Shown here: piece by piece, positions 55,230-64,000 of the stretch
How positions within the stretch are numbered: the first letter of the stretch is position 1
How the letters are laid out: every line of letters begins with the position of its first letter
Virus record (IMG/VR): IMGVR_UViG_3300024348_000001
Span: 32,001 to 96,000 of that record
Length of the DNA stretch: 64,000 nt
Direction: 5' to 3' (one strand)
Origin: a virus
Translations under genes and position numbers: made by a program
The notes under the pieces: generated by a model
What the model was told of the DNA's origin: nothing
The model's database searches: none
What the model saw: the letters and a program-made list of their open reading frames with translations, nothing else

Positions 55230-57154
55230 TATTTACGCCCCCACGGAAAAGTTTCAGAAAAACCGCGACGTCCGCCTTTATCTTTGGGCGGGCACCAGAC
55301 GTATTTCTTTCCTGCATTGAAGTCTTTGATTTTACCACCAAGCTGATGTACTTGCGCACCTATGGTAATATCTCCGCCGTTGTGATTAAGCCTAACGTCG
55401 GGAATGTTAGCTTGCTTCATAGTTTCAGTTGCCAGTGCCCAAAAATAACCCACGGCAAAATCTACACAAGAACCGTTAGATGCCAGCATTTGTTTATTCG
55501 ACAGCCTCAAGTGTACGTTTCTAAACCAGTCGCTTTGGCGGAACCATAAGTCAGGTCTGTGTCCGCCGATAGCCATGGCGCTTAGATCGTGATACATCTT
55601 GGTACCGTACAACCGACAACCTTCTCGATGATTCAAGTTAATTGTTTCGGCTAGACGCGCTGCCCACATGGAATCAATAATTTTCGTGTCGTCATCAAAC
55701 CAAACAAGATATGGCGTAGTGACAGGACAACTTGGATCGTGGAACATTTCACGCATGACTGGATACTTTTTGGCATTGTCTTCGTGATGGTAGATTTTTG
55801 TAACGACGGGTCCAAGCGACGCCACAAAATCGTACGTAGCTCGAGATACGGCATTTAAACCGACACGTAGATCTATGCGTCTGCGGGGCAACGTTTTGAG
55901 AATGCCTTCAATGCAAGTTTTAGCTAACTCAGTGTGATCGCCGTAGCAGAGAACAAAGATTGTAAACTTGCCACCGATGTAAGGATTGTCCATAACTCCA
56001 AACAGATCAAATTCGGTTTCCTGTGATAGGTCATGTTTTTCAGGAGGAGGGGGCGCAGTCTTAACAGTCACCACGGTTGTCACGGGTTTTAGGATATCCA
56101 ACGTAGTGGCTGTTTGACTGACATTTTTAACAGGAAGAACATTTTCTAGTGAATATTTACGGGATGGCTGCGAAATAGGAGGTAGAGTCCCGTCTTCGTA
56201 ATATTCCATGACTTTCTCCACCACATGATCTACAGTGATACGGTTTAAGCATTCAGGCACCGGTTGTTCGTCGGTACGTACAGGATGCAGACATAACTGT
56301 AATTTTGCTTTGCTGTTTGTTAAATCCATTTGATCAATAGGCACGGTTCGTTTTTTCCAGCACCCCGACGTTTTACAACAATCCATTTGACCTATCGTGT
56401 GCAAAAACTTATGCGGCACTTTAACGGGAGCGCATGTGTCGGGGAATTGACCGTGATTGGAGTAACCTTCCCACCACCACTCTTCGCGTCCTCCCGCCAA
56501 CACAACGCATGGCTTGTCGAACACGGCGGCGATATGCATAAACGATGTGATGCCGCAGATGACACCTTCAGCGTGGTAGATCAATCTAAACAAGTCGGCA
56601 ATGTCATCCGTAGATCCAACCATGTATTTCACGTTGTTAAGCACAGGATGGACGTTGCGCGTAAAGGCTGCTCCTGCTTGTACGCAATTAATGCCATACT
56701 TGAGTAACGTATCTACAACGCCTTGAAATCTGGAAGGCAACCACCATTTGGCTGTCATATCTACTTTGCCACCACCAACGACAACCCAGTATCTACCCGC
56801 AACTAATTTTTCTTCTTTGTTGGGACCGAGAAAAATTTCGCCTTTAGGATGCAGCACAGGAACGTCAATACCTGTGCGTTGTTTCCATTTCTTATGGAAG
56901 AATGATACGAAATGCTGTTTGACGCCTGATACCGATTCACGAATGCCGTCGTCGTATTCCATTTGAATGACAGGAGCATTTAGCTTGGGATCTAAAGGGT
57001 AGACGTAAGGAAAGTACCGCCAGTAAGACGAATAACTTCCTGCCATAGAAATGCGGTATTTACCGGGATACGTCAGATTCAAATCTCTAACAACCGCTGA
57101 CAAGGCCACGGTGTCACCCAAGGCCCAACGATTATGAATGACGTAAGGTTGCAT
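55229..57154 (-). CDS. GT9 (heptosyltransferase-like) - GT2 fusion glycosyltransferase
   Basis: N-terminal ALGD, KWW..RF, ITSFMHIAA.F.KP.V.L.GG, Cys motif CC...GCW..C..EC..IT; C-terminal WFDDD and HNGGD. Confidence 0.8.
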   Translation of the reverse strand: MQPYVIHNRWALGDTVALSAVVRDLNLTYPGKYRISMAGSYSSYWRYFPYVYPLDPKLNAPVIQMEYDDGIRESVSGVKQHFVSFFHKKWKQRTGIDVPVLHPKGEIFLGPNKEEKLVAGRYWVVVGGGKVDMTAKWWLPSRFQGVVDTLLKYGINCVQAGAAFTRNVHPVLNNVKYMVGSTDDIADLFRLIYHAEGVICGITSFMHIAAVFDKPCVVLAGGREEWWWEGYSNHGQFPDTCAPVKVPHKFLHTIGQMDCCKTSGCWKKRTVPIDQMDLTNSKAKLQLCLHPVRTDEQPVPECLNRITVDHVVEKVMEYYEDGTLPPISQPSRKYSLENVLPVKNVSQTATTLDILKPVTTVVTVKTAPPPPEKHDLSQETEFDLFGVMDNPYIGGKFTIFVLCYGDHTELAKTCIEGILKTLPRRRIDLRVGLNAVSRATYDFVASLGPVVTKIYHHEDNAKKYPVMREMFHDPSCPVTTPYLVWFDDDTKIIDSMWAARLAETINLNHREGCRLYGTKMYHDLSAMAIGGHRPDLWFRQSDWFRNVHLRLSNKQMLASNGSCVDFAVGYFWALATETMKQANIPDVRLNHNGGDITIGAQVHQLGGKIKDFNAGKKYVWCPPKDKGGRRGFSETFPWGRK

Positions 57155-57165
57155 GGGGAACTCTG

Positions 57166-57175
57166 TAAGTACTTA
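57166..57175 (-). promoter_or_regulatory. TAAGTACTTA palindromic motif
   Basis: Intergenic; 11 nt upstream of ATG 57154. Confidence 0.55.
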
Positions 57176-57230
57176 TGCTTAGTCATGTAAGTTTAGGGTA
57201 AATTTTTTCTAATGCAATTTCAACGGCTAA

Positions 57231-57791
57231 TTAATCATTTGACGGGTGTCGCTGCAACACGGTTAAGCCGTTATTGACATTGGTGTGGTAACAGACAGAC
57301 CATTCTGTGTGTTGACGACAAAAATCCGATATTGCTTGCTGTAAACCTTGAGGACCATTGCTAAAGCCCGATTCGTCGGTCTTTCCAAACGTATGCGTAT
57401 CGTGCATGATTATGCACCCACCTTGGTTTACGTTTGTGTGGTGTCGCATTAATTCGGCGTACAGTTGCGCGTAATTGTGCAAAGTGTCGATAAACAACAA
57501 GTCTGTGTCAGCAATGGTGATAGAAAGCGTGTTACCGACACAGCCAGAAAAATCAACGTTTAGTTCTTTTGCAATTCGTGCGTGTTCAGAAAAATAACAC
57601 GGGAAAATGTCGTAAGACACTAATGTTTTAGGTATTGTTGCAAGTAACGCCCACGTCGATACGCCGGTACGAAAACCAAACTCTGTGACGTGTTTGCACT
57701 TCTTCGCAAAACTGTAAAGCGTTTGAATGTGTTCAGACACGTCAGACGGCGTGTTTATTGCATCAAAAAAATAATCAGTTATATTTTTCAT
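57231..57791 (-). CDS. Class I SAM-dependent methyltransferase (Methyltransf_24-like)
   Basis: EFG.RTG.ST, DLLFIDTLH and IMHDT motifs. Confidence 0.8.
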   Translation of the reverse strand: MKNITDYFFDAINTPSDVSEHIQTLYSFAKKCKHVTEFGFRTGVSTWALLATIPKTLVSYDIFPCYFSEHARIAKELNVDFSGCVGNTLSITIADTDLLFIDTLHNYAQLYAELMRHHTNVNQGGCIIMHDTHTFGKTDESGFSNGPQGLQQAISDFCRQHTEWSVCYHTNVNNGLTVLQRHPSND

Positions 57792-58510
57792 ACTGGAATG
57801 TAATCCGCGTAATTGTATTTCCAGTGCGGGTTTAATTTAATGTCGCCTACGGGCATACTTCCTGATTTTATGTTGTCACTTACGACACTTGCAGCTAACT
57901 GCGATACGTCACCAGTGCCCCATCCCGATGCATGATAGTTGTTTGCCGTACCCCAGCGATAAATGTAAAATCGATCTTTTTCCGGTATGTCTTTACTAAA
58001 AGCACCAAACACATGCACAAGCCTACCAATAAGCTGCGCATCAATTGTTCCAGTGTCTTTGTGTTCTTCGTACTGACCTATTTCTTCAAAAATACAACGC
58101 CGAATTAGTAAATTACATTGAAATAAATTTCTAGTTTTAGTTATATGCTGATGTGCTTCTTCAATATAGGCCATTGCGGTGTGAAACAAACCTGCGGGAT
58201 TCAAATTTTGCTGCTGCACTGTTAGTTTGTTTTTTAGGTAAATATCGTCGTCTTCCCACGGCGTAATGTACTCGCCAGAACACAACGCAACGGTAGTATT
58301 AAACTTTTTGCCTAGCGGTATAATTCTTTCCTTAGTATTAACGATTACTACCTCAGGATGCTCAAATATTAGTGTTTGTTCTGCGCAATCGTTGACAATT
58401 ACAAGTTCTTTTTCTCCAGCGTAATCTTGCTGAAGAAACGAATGGATTGCCTCTTCCAACAAAAAAGGTCGGCCGTACGTAGCGCAAAAACAAGATATTT
58501 TTGGTAACAC
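57788..58510 (-). CDS. GT2 glycosyltransferase
   Basis: CATYGR..LEEAI.SFL.QDY..ELVIVND; WEDDD. Confidence 0.85.
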   Translation of the reverse strand: MLPKISCFCATYGRPFLLEEAIHSFLQQDYAGEKELVIVNDCAEQTLIFEHPEVVIVNTKERIIPLGKKFNTTVALCSGEYITPWEDDDIYLKNKLTVQQQNLNPAGLFHTAMAYIEEAHQHITKTRNLFQCNLLIRRCIFEEIGQYEEHKDTGTIDAQLIGRLVHVFGAFSKDIPEKDRFYIYRWGTANNYHASGWGTGDVSQLAASVVSDNIKSGSMPVGDIKLNPHWKYNYADYIPV

Positions 58511-58525
58511 GAGTTTTTCCTTAAA

Positions 58526-59392
58526 TTAGTCGTGGGCTTTAATAGTTACAGCGTTATCGTAATTACGGGTAAATATATCTGGATAAATTTCTGTTAAACC
58601 TTGCTCTGCTATAGTTCTTTGTTCCAACGGTAATTTTCGGCCAAAATATTCACGTAATTGCGGAACATTCCAACCCATCTCATAGCCAGCAATTAAATAA
58701 TTATGGAATTTATCGTTAAGTGTTAAATTGTACGGGACGGCGCCAAATCTTGGAAAACGATGACACCACCCAAGCCACGGCTGATACATGACACGTCCGC
58801 CTTGTTTGCGCACCTTATCGTGAATATAAATTTCTTCCCCGGCAAATCCTTTAAAATGTTGCGAAAAAGCTGGCCATTTATCTTTTTGCATAAACATAAG
58901 GGCGCTGCCGTGTGCTAAAACTTCACGCGGCGTATCACCGGTATGCTGATTGTTTACAAACCACGTACCATAAAAATCACCACGTAATTCTGGGGCAAGC
59001 TCTGTTGCAATGATCGCATTTGCTTCGGAACGCAATGGTCCTACCCACATGTCGTGTCCTACTTCGCCTGAACGTGCAGCCGCAACAAGTCGTGCGATAG
59101 CGTTCGGCGCAAGTAAAACGTGACAATCTACGAGAAGAACGTGCGTACCCGTAGCGTGTTCCCAAACACTATTTTTTGCGTGTGCCGGTCCTCTATTTTT
59201 AGGCGCATGCACGTAACGAGCTTGAGCGTTAGCGCAAACATTTTTTATTTCACCGCGTCCTGCTATTGGATGATCGTCAACGACCAGCAATTCCACGCCA
59301 GTAAGATCGTGATGCATGCGGAGCGAAGATAATGTCCACCACACGCCTTGTGGATCGTCGAATGTAGCCATGCCCACTGTCAAGTTATACAT
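58526..59392 (-). CDS. GT2 glycosyltransferase
   Basis: VGMATFDD, LVVDD, G.A.AKN, VDCH and F.GFAGEE motifs. Confidence 0.8.
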   Translation of the reverse strand: MYNLTVGMATFDDPQGVWWTLSSLRMHHDLTGVELLVVDDHPIAGRGEIKNVCANAQARYVHAPKNRGPAHAKNSVWEHATGTHVLLVDCHVLLAPNAIARLVAAARSGEVGHDMWVGPLRSEANAIIATELAPELRGDFYGTWFVNNQHTGDTPREVLAHGSALMFMQKDKWPAFSQHFKGFAGEEIYIHDKVRKQGGRVMYQPWLGWCHRFPRFGAVPYNLTLNDKFHNYLIAGYEMGWNVPQLREYFGRKLPLEQRTIAEQGLTEIYPDIFTRNYDNAVTIKAHD

Positions 59393-59828
59393 TTTCTACT
59401 CTCGGGGTGTAGTCGTCGCACGCAATGCAATTGCGTACTGCGGTATCCCGAGATGATATACGGCACTGGCTATGAAGGCTACATGAGTGTAAAATTGCCA
59501 AAGATCCGCCGCATCCACACGACGGTTTTTCTTCAAGTGCCGCGCCTAAATGCTGACACGGAGAAGCCATGTGCAGTTTTATTTTGCGCAACATCGCCAT
59601 TTGTTCGTCAGTGGGTTGCGCGCCGCGATTCGGTGGCGGCGTTGCACCCGTTGTAACAATTTCAGTTGTAGTTGTGTCAGGATCACCGCCCCAAAACGTG
59701 CGATACCGCGCATCATGCTCGTACAGCCAGCAAACTCGGCATCCATCGCGAGAAGGAAAGTGTTTACAGGGTTTCATTCTGTCACCGTCCAATACACTCT
59801 TCCAGTACCTGTGGCTCCGTATTTCCAA
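59385..59828 (-). CDS. Small Cys-rich protein
   Basis: PCKH..CRVC and PCQH..CGC..C..H..C..CIAC. Confidence 0.65.
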   Translation of the reverse strand: MEIRSHRYWKSVLDGDRMKPCKHFPSRDGCRVCWLYEHDARYRTFWGGDPDTTTTEIVTTGATPPPNRGAQPTDEQMAMLRKIKLHMASPCQHLGAALEEKPSCGCGGSLAILHSCSLHSQCRISSRDTAVRNCIACDDYTPRVENV

Positions 59829-62119
59829 CGAAAGCCTGAGTCGTTGTAAGACGCATAATAAGTACCTAAAAGGTCATCACGTGGATTTTCAAAATTTGGC
59901 GTTACTGGACTACTACCGGTAATAATAAAAGGATTACACGAATCTAGCGGGCATGTTGGGCCAAGATTCAGGGTGCCGCTTTGGCCTGAGTCGGGCAGTA
60001 CACCGTCACCCCACCCGGGATACGGCCAACACGGAGTTCCTACTCCTCCATTTGCAACGGAAAGCCAGTGCGGATTACCAAAACTTTTTAAACTTTGAGG
60101 TTCACAACAAAAGTACCCGGTGCCCAGCATGCCGCCAAGCGTCATAGCTACCTCATATGTGGGTAACGAATAATACATATATGAAGGATCAGTTTCGAGA
60201 CCAAGGCCTCTTAACCCAGTATATTTACCGGCATTACGTCCTTTACACATGCAATCCGTCGCATGATCGTAATAACCCGACCCTGTCCCCTCAGGCCCTC
60301 TGTGTGGGTATAGCCTCGACACTGAAACTCTAGCGCTGAAATACAAATCAGGATCAATATCTGCACTTGTAGTAGTACTTGATCCGTACAATAAACCATG
60401 TTTATGTTTGGGACAACGTGTGTGAAAGTAATCGTAATACACTCCCGGAATATAAGAAACTGTACCGTCACACGGAGGAATTCTTACGCTACCAGTGCCT
60501 ATAATGTAATCTACTAATCCAGTTGTTACATTACCGTAATCAACACGTCTAGTGCGTTCTATTCTGGTGTCAAGCACAACAGAAAATCCATCAATACAGG
60601 GCATAACATTTTCAGGATCGCTAAACGTAATGGTTAATGTACGTGGAAAATAAGTCAATCCTTGTTCACACCAAAGCGGAATAGCTCGTTTTTTACAATC
60701 GGAGCATGCGGTTGTAATTATGCACGGAGCCGTTGTAATTTGTCCGTCGTAAGTACCATCGTGGTCAGGATATCCGCAAAAACATCCATTTTGATCTACA
60801 TACTGATAATAAGGATAAGGATCTGCTTGTACTAAGTCATATTTGCCATAATCACAGCGATCCAGTCCGTATTTTAACCATTTTGCACTTGTAGCGTTCC
60901 ATTGCCAAGAACATGACTCTCTGCATACCTTTGGACCTCGTGTTGTTGTTGTTGTTGTTGTTGGCAATACTATAGAATTAGATACACAATAAAGATAACA
61001 ACGTCTTATCATGTAGTCAGCACTATCGTATATACGGTATTCACCGTTGTCTGGGTCGTATGCTTCATAACTATAATTAAGGACGCCTTGGCTGCCATCA
61101 CTTGTTACTGAAGAAGCGCGACAACCCGTAGGACAAAACGACTGAACAACTATATTATTTGGTGATTGCCCGTAATCCCAAATAGAATAACCAGCACACG
61201 GTGCCGTCGTGGTCGTAGTAGCCGTTGTGCTAGTTGTAGTTACGCCGGGAGCTCCAGTTGTTGTTGTGGAGGTTGTTGTTGTAGGTACGCAAGCGACGCG
61301 TATTTCTTGTCCGGCAAATGCTCCGGGATTAGGTGGACGTTCTGGGCAACCGCACGGACCAGAACAAGTTGTATAGCCTTGTGACCACGTATTGGATATT
61401 GTCCACACCCACGTGCAGAATCCGGCACACGGTCCCGCCGTAGTAGTAGTTGTTGTAGTGGTCGTTGGTGGCGTGTTGCTACAAGATAAAATTGCTGCTC
61501 CGCCTATAATTGTACCGGAATACGCAGGCGGTCCCGGGCAATAACAACCTGCGAAACAATCAGATGCTAGTAAACGCCATCCGTCTGACTCCCACAAATA
61601 TAGGCAAGAACTAGCACAGGCCGCAGGTGTCGTTGTTGTACTTGTTGTTGATGAGCTTGATGTTGTCGTACTTGTTGACGCTGGTGTGTTTACACGGCAA
61701 AACGTATAATACGTATCACCCTTTTCAAATTCTGATAGTGGAGGCGCATCGCCACATACACAATCTTCGCCTTCGCACGCGTTATCAATTAATACCCATC
61801 CAGAACTTTCATACGACCACGAGTAAATGCAACTACCAGCACACGGTGTAGTAGTTGTAGTTGTCGTTGATGTCGTACTAGAAGTTGTTGACGTTGAACT
61901 GGTGGTACTTGAAGTTGTTGTCGGTGCTGTTGTTGATGATGAACTGGTGGTACTTGAAGTTGTTGTCGGTGCTGTTGTTGATGATGAACTGGTGGTACTT
62001 GAAGTTGTTGGTGCCGTGGTCGAGCTGGTGGAGCTGCTCGTGCTCGAGGTCGTCGATGACGAGCTACTAGACGAGCTACTACTCGACGTGCTCGAGGTCG
62101 TTGGCGGCATCGTGCTCAT
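59774..62119 (-). CDS. Mucin-like Thr/Ser-rich protein with repeated Cys/Trp domains, putative virion surface protein
   Basis: About 90 aa S/T tract, then about five C-x3-C-x-(W/Y)-x-W modules separated by poly-Thr linkers; no signal peptide. Confidence 0.8.
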   Translation of the reverse strand: MSTMPPTTSSTSSSSSSSSSSSTTSSTSSSTSSTTAPTTSSTTSSSSTTAPTTTSSTTSSSSTTAPTTTSSTTSSTSTTSSTTSTTTTTTTPCAGSCIYSWSYESSGWVLIDNACEGEDCVCGDAPPLSEFEKGDTYYTFCRVNTPASTSTTTSSSSTTSTTTTPAACASSCLYLWESDGWRLLASDCFAGCYCPGPPAYSGTIIGGAAILSCSNTPPTTTTTTTTTAGPCAGFCTWVWTISNTWSQGYTTCSGPCGCPERPPNPGAFAGQEIRVACVPTTTTSTTTTGAPGVTTTSTTATTTTTAPCAGYSIWDYGQSPNNIVVQSFCPTGCRASSVTSDGSQGVLNYSYEAYDPDNGEYRIYDSADYMIRRCYLYCVSNSIVLPTTTTTTTRGPKVCRESCSWQWNATSAKWLKYGLDRCDYGKYDLVQADPYPYYQYVDQNGCFCGYPDHDGTYDGQITTAPCIITTACSDCKKRAIPLWCEQGLTYFPRTLTITFSDPENVMPCIDGFSVVLDTRIERTRRVDYGNVTTGLVDYIIGTGSVRIPPCDGTVSYIPGVYYDYFHTRCPKHKHGLLYGSSTTTSADIDPDLYFSARVSVSRLYPHRGPEGTGSGYYDHATDCMCKGRNAGKYTGLRGLGLETDPSYMYYSLPTYEVAMTLGGMLGTGYFCCEPQSLKSFGNPHWLSVANGGVGTPCWPYPGWGDGVLPDSGQSGTLNLGPTCPLDSCNPFIITGSSPVTPNFENPRDDLLGTYYASYNDSGFRWKYGATGTGRVYWTVTE
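61896..62010. repeat. 45-bp tandem repeat (about 2.5 copies)
   Basis: GAACTGGTGGTACTTGAAGTTGTTGTCGGTGCTGTTGTTGATGAT at 61896 and 61941, partial copy at 61986. Confidence 0.9.
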
Positions 62120-64000
62120 TATACACCACCCGTCGAGGTCGTGCTGGTTGTTGTCGGACCAGCCGTGCTAGTTGTTGTAGTAGTAACACACAGGTACCCG
62201 TACGGTATACACACGGTAAGAAATTCCGGCGTAAAAATACCATTAAAACAAGATATACCTGATACAAAATCAAAAGTTAATATGGCAGGCGGTGGTGTTG
62301 TTGTAGTACGCGTATATTGAATTAAATATATAGGCACACTGTTATTATACAAGGTTCCGCTATAATAACCTAAATAACGCCCGGGTATAACAGTGTTAGT
62401 AATCACATTTAAAATTTTAATAGGACGCCAGTCTATGAACCCGCCGTTAAATCTTTGTACGTATCCGTCGTACAGACCGGCACTACCGCCTTCGTTAAAA
62501 GGGGAAAGCGTAGTTACCCGCACGGCTTGTGTAAAAGATTTACTTTCGACGGTGTACAAATAATCATTTATAGGTTGTCCGCTGCCGTACAAACTAAGAC
62601 TACCAGAACCGACAGAGCCACTAAAACGACCAAAATATATTTTTTGGTCTTCTAGCGGCAAATTATTACTGTCTTTTATTTTAATATCGTAAGTTTCTTC
62701 AAAAGAATCTGTATCGTTGTTGTAATTTAAAAGATATCCGGGGTAATTATTATTTTCGTCAACGTCATAGTAGCTAACTTTTACGCAAGCTACGTCATCA
62801 CGGGTGCGTACTAGATATACAGATTTTCCTGAACTTTCTTTTCCGCCAAAACTACCGATATATATTTTTTTTAACAATGGCGCGTAGTCAACATCGTAAA
62901 CCGTTACTTCAGTTGGACTTGCAACGGTAAAACCATTAGTTGTCGGATTAAATGTTAAAAGGTTTGCACGATAATGTCCAAACGCGTTAGGCGTCGTACT
63001 TATAACCTGCACTAAAACACCACCACTACCACTACCACTACCACCACCGCCACCGCCGGGACTAGCACCGTAAATAGGAGTACCGCCACCGCCGGGACCG
63101 CCGCCGCCAACAAAACCGACTAATACACCAACATACGTTTGAACGGAAAGCTCCGTACCTCCAAATGTTGGCTGTATTTCTATGTAATTCAAATCGACGT
63201 AAGTATTAGACGCGGGATCGTATGCAATAATGTAACCCGGATAATTGCCGTTAATCGTAAGCGTAGTACTAGAAACTCTTATCATGTAGACAACAGAACT
63301 GGGTTCGGGCAAAGACAATTCTAAGCGGGCTTCAAATTGAAAAATGCAGTTTGTTGTATTGTTTACGGTTAAATAAATTTTTCCTGTGGGTGTTGCGGTT
63401 GCTTCAGCCGCAGTAAATTCAACGTCAGTACCGTCTTCTGACAATGACGTCAGCGCAGGACAACAAGTCACAATGTCCAAATCAGCCTTAAATTCATATG
63501 AACAGTCTTCAGTGTTTTCAACTGTTAGATAAATGGTGCCTGTGGTTAGTTCACCGTCAATGCCACGCTCTACATAAACGTCTATACCATCGTCGTTAAG
63601 TGACGTCATTTCGGCGCAGGGTAAATCTAGTTCAAGATCCGCCGCAAATTCAAACGTACAGTCTTCGGTATTTTCAACAGTTAGATAAATAGTACCGGTA
63701 GGCGCCGTATCCCCAACTGCGGGCGATCCATTGCGCGTAAGAGTAACGCTTGTACCGGCGTCGGACAACGACAAGCATGCAGGACAACTAAACGTAAAAT
63801 CTAAGGCCACATCAAAGTCGTAACTACAGTTATCTGAAGGCTCTGCTGTCAGATAAATAGTGCCCGTCGGTAATTTACCTGCAATACCCTGTGAAATTTC
63901 AATTGCAGCGCCCGCAGACGTTACAGCTGTCATAATTGGACAGGGTAAGGCTAAGTCCACGTTTACGTCGAAATCAAAGCTGCAATCTTCTGCGGTATTG
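62119..64000 (-). CDS. Repeat-rich acidic putative fiber or decoration protein (5' partial)
   Basis: Frame is open past 63960 to the window edge and continues the repeat (NTAEDCSFDFDV); TG.IYLT..N...C repeats. Confidence 0.8.
   Translation of the reverse strand, partial: NTAEDCSFDFDVNVDLALPCPIMTAVTSAGAAIEISQGIAGKLPTGTIYLTAEPSDNCSYDFDVALDFTFSCPACLSLSDAGTSVTLTRNGSPAVGDTAPTGTIYLTVENTEDCTFEFAADLELDLPCAEMTSLNDDGIDVYVERGIDGELTTGTIYLTVENTEDCSYEFKADLDIVTCCPALTSLSEDGTDVEFTAAEATATPTGKIYLTVNNTTNCIFQFEARLELSLPEPSSVVYMIRVSSTTLTINGNYPGYIIAYDPASNTYVDLNYIEIQPTFGGTELSVQTYVGVLVGFVGGGGPGGGGTPIYGASPGGGGGGSGSGSGGVLVQVISTTPNAFGHYRANLLTFNPTTNGFTVASPTEVTVYDVDYAPLLKKIYIGSFGGKESSGKSVYLVRTRDDVACVKVSYYDVDENNNYPGYLLNYNNDTDSFEETYDIKIKDSNNLPLEDQKIYFGRFSGSVGSGSLSLYGSGQPINDYLYTVESKSFTQAVRVTTLSPFNEGGSAGLYDGYVQRFNGGFIDWRPIKILNVITNTVIPGRYLGYYSGTLYNNSVPIYLIQYTRTTTTPPPAILTFDFVSGISCFNGIFTPEFLTVCIPYGYLCVTTTTTSTAGPTTTSTTSTGGV

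Noticed and set aside
61827-62171. Plus-strand Val/Leu-rich ORF resembling a membrane protein
   Set aside because: Antisense shadow of the Thr/Ser repeat codons
1-64000. tRNA or rRNA genes, introns, inteins and stop-codon reassignment
   Set aside because: No cloverleaf or T-loop signatures noticed; core genes are full-length and uninterrupted in code 11. A tRNAscan-SE run would be needed to exclude tRNAs firmly

Overview
This 64 kb window looks like part of a large lytic dsDNA phage genome, read in the standard genetic code with almost all genes on the minus strand. The host is probably a planctomycete, inferred from recalled family resemblances rather than database searches. (1) 0.1-26 kb is a replication, recombination and nucleotide-metabolism module: RuvC-like resolvase, DEDDh exonuclease, ThyX, a DNA-ligase-like protein lacking its catalytic Lys, PhoH, RecA-like recombinase, putative SSB, UDG-PolA fusion, primase, DnaB-like and SF2 helicases, an IS110-like orphan, and SbcCD. 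(2) 26-40 kb holds small accessory ORFs, a split HldE pair (heptose kinase plus nucleotidyltransferase), a Rep-like gene beside hairpins and direct repeats, an Ala-rich coiled coil, a stand-alone RNAP alpha-CTD and dCTP deaminase. (3) 40-45 kb holds the terminase large subunit (plus strand) and a degenerate second primase. (4) 45-54 kb holds small ORFs, a structured intergenic region and an AAA-ATPase/DUF2997/DUF1257-like cassette. (5) 55-64 kb is a glycosylation cluster (GT9-GT2 fusion, methyltransferase, two GT2s) directly downstream of Thr/Ser mucin-like, Cys-rich repeat proteins. The best candidate for a novel system is phage-encoded nucleotide-heptose synthesis feeding glycosylation of mucin-like virion proteins. 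Also notable are a palindromic motif, TAAGYACTTA, found 11-15 nt upstream of five start codons, and several apparently inactivated enzyme paralogs. I saw no tRNA, rRNA or CRISPR array. All family assignments come from motif recognition by eye.
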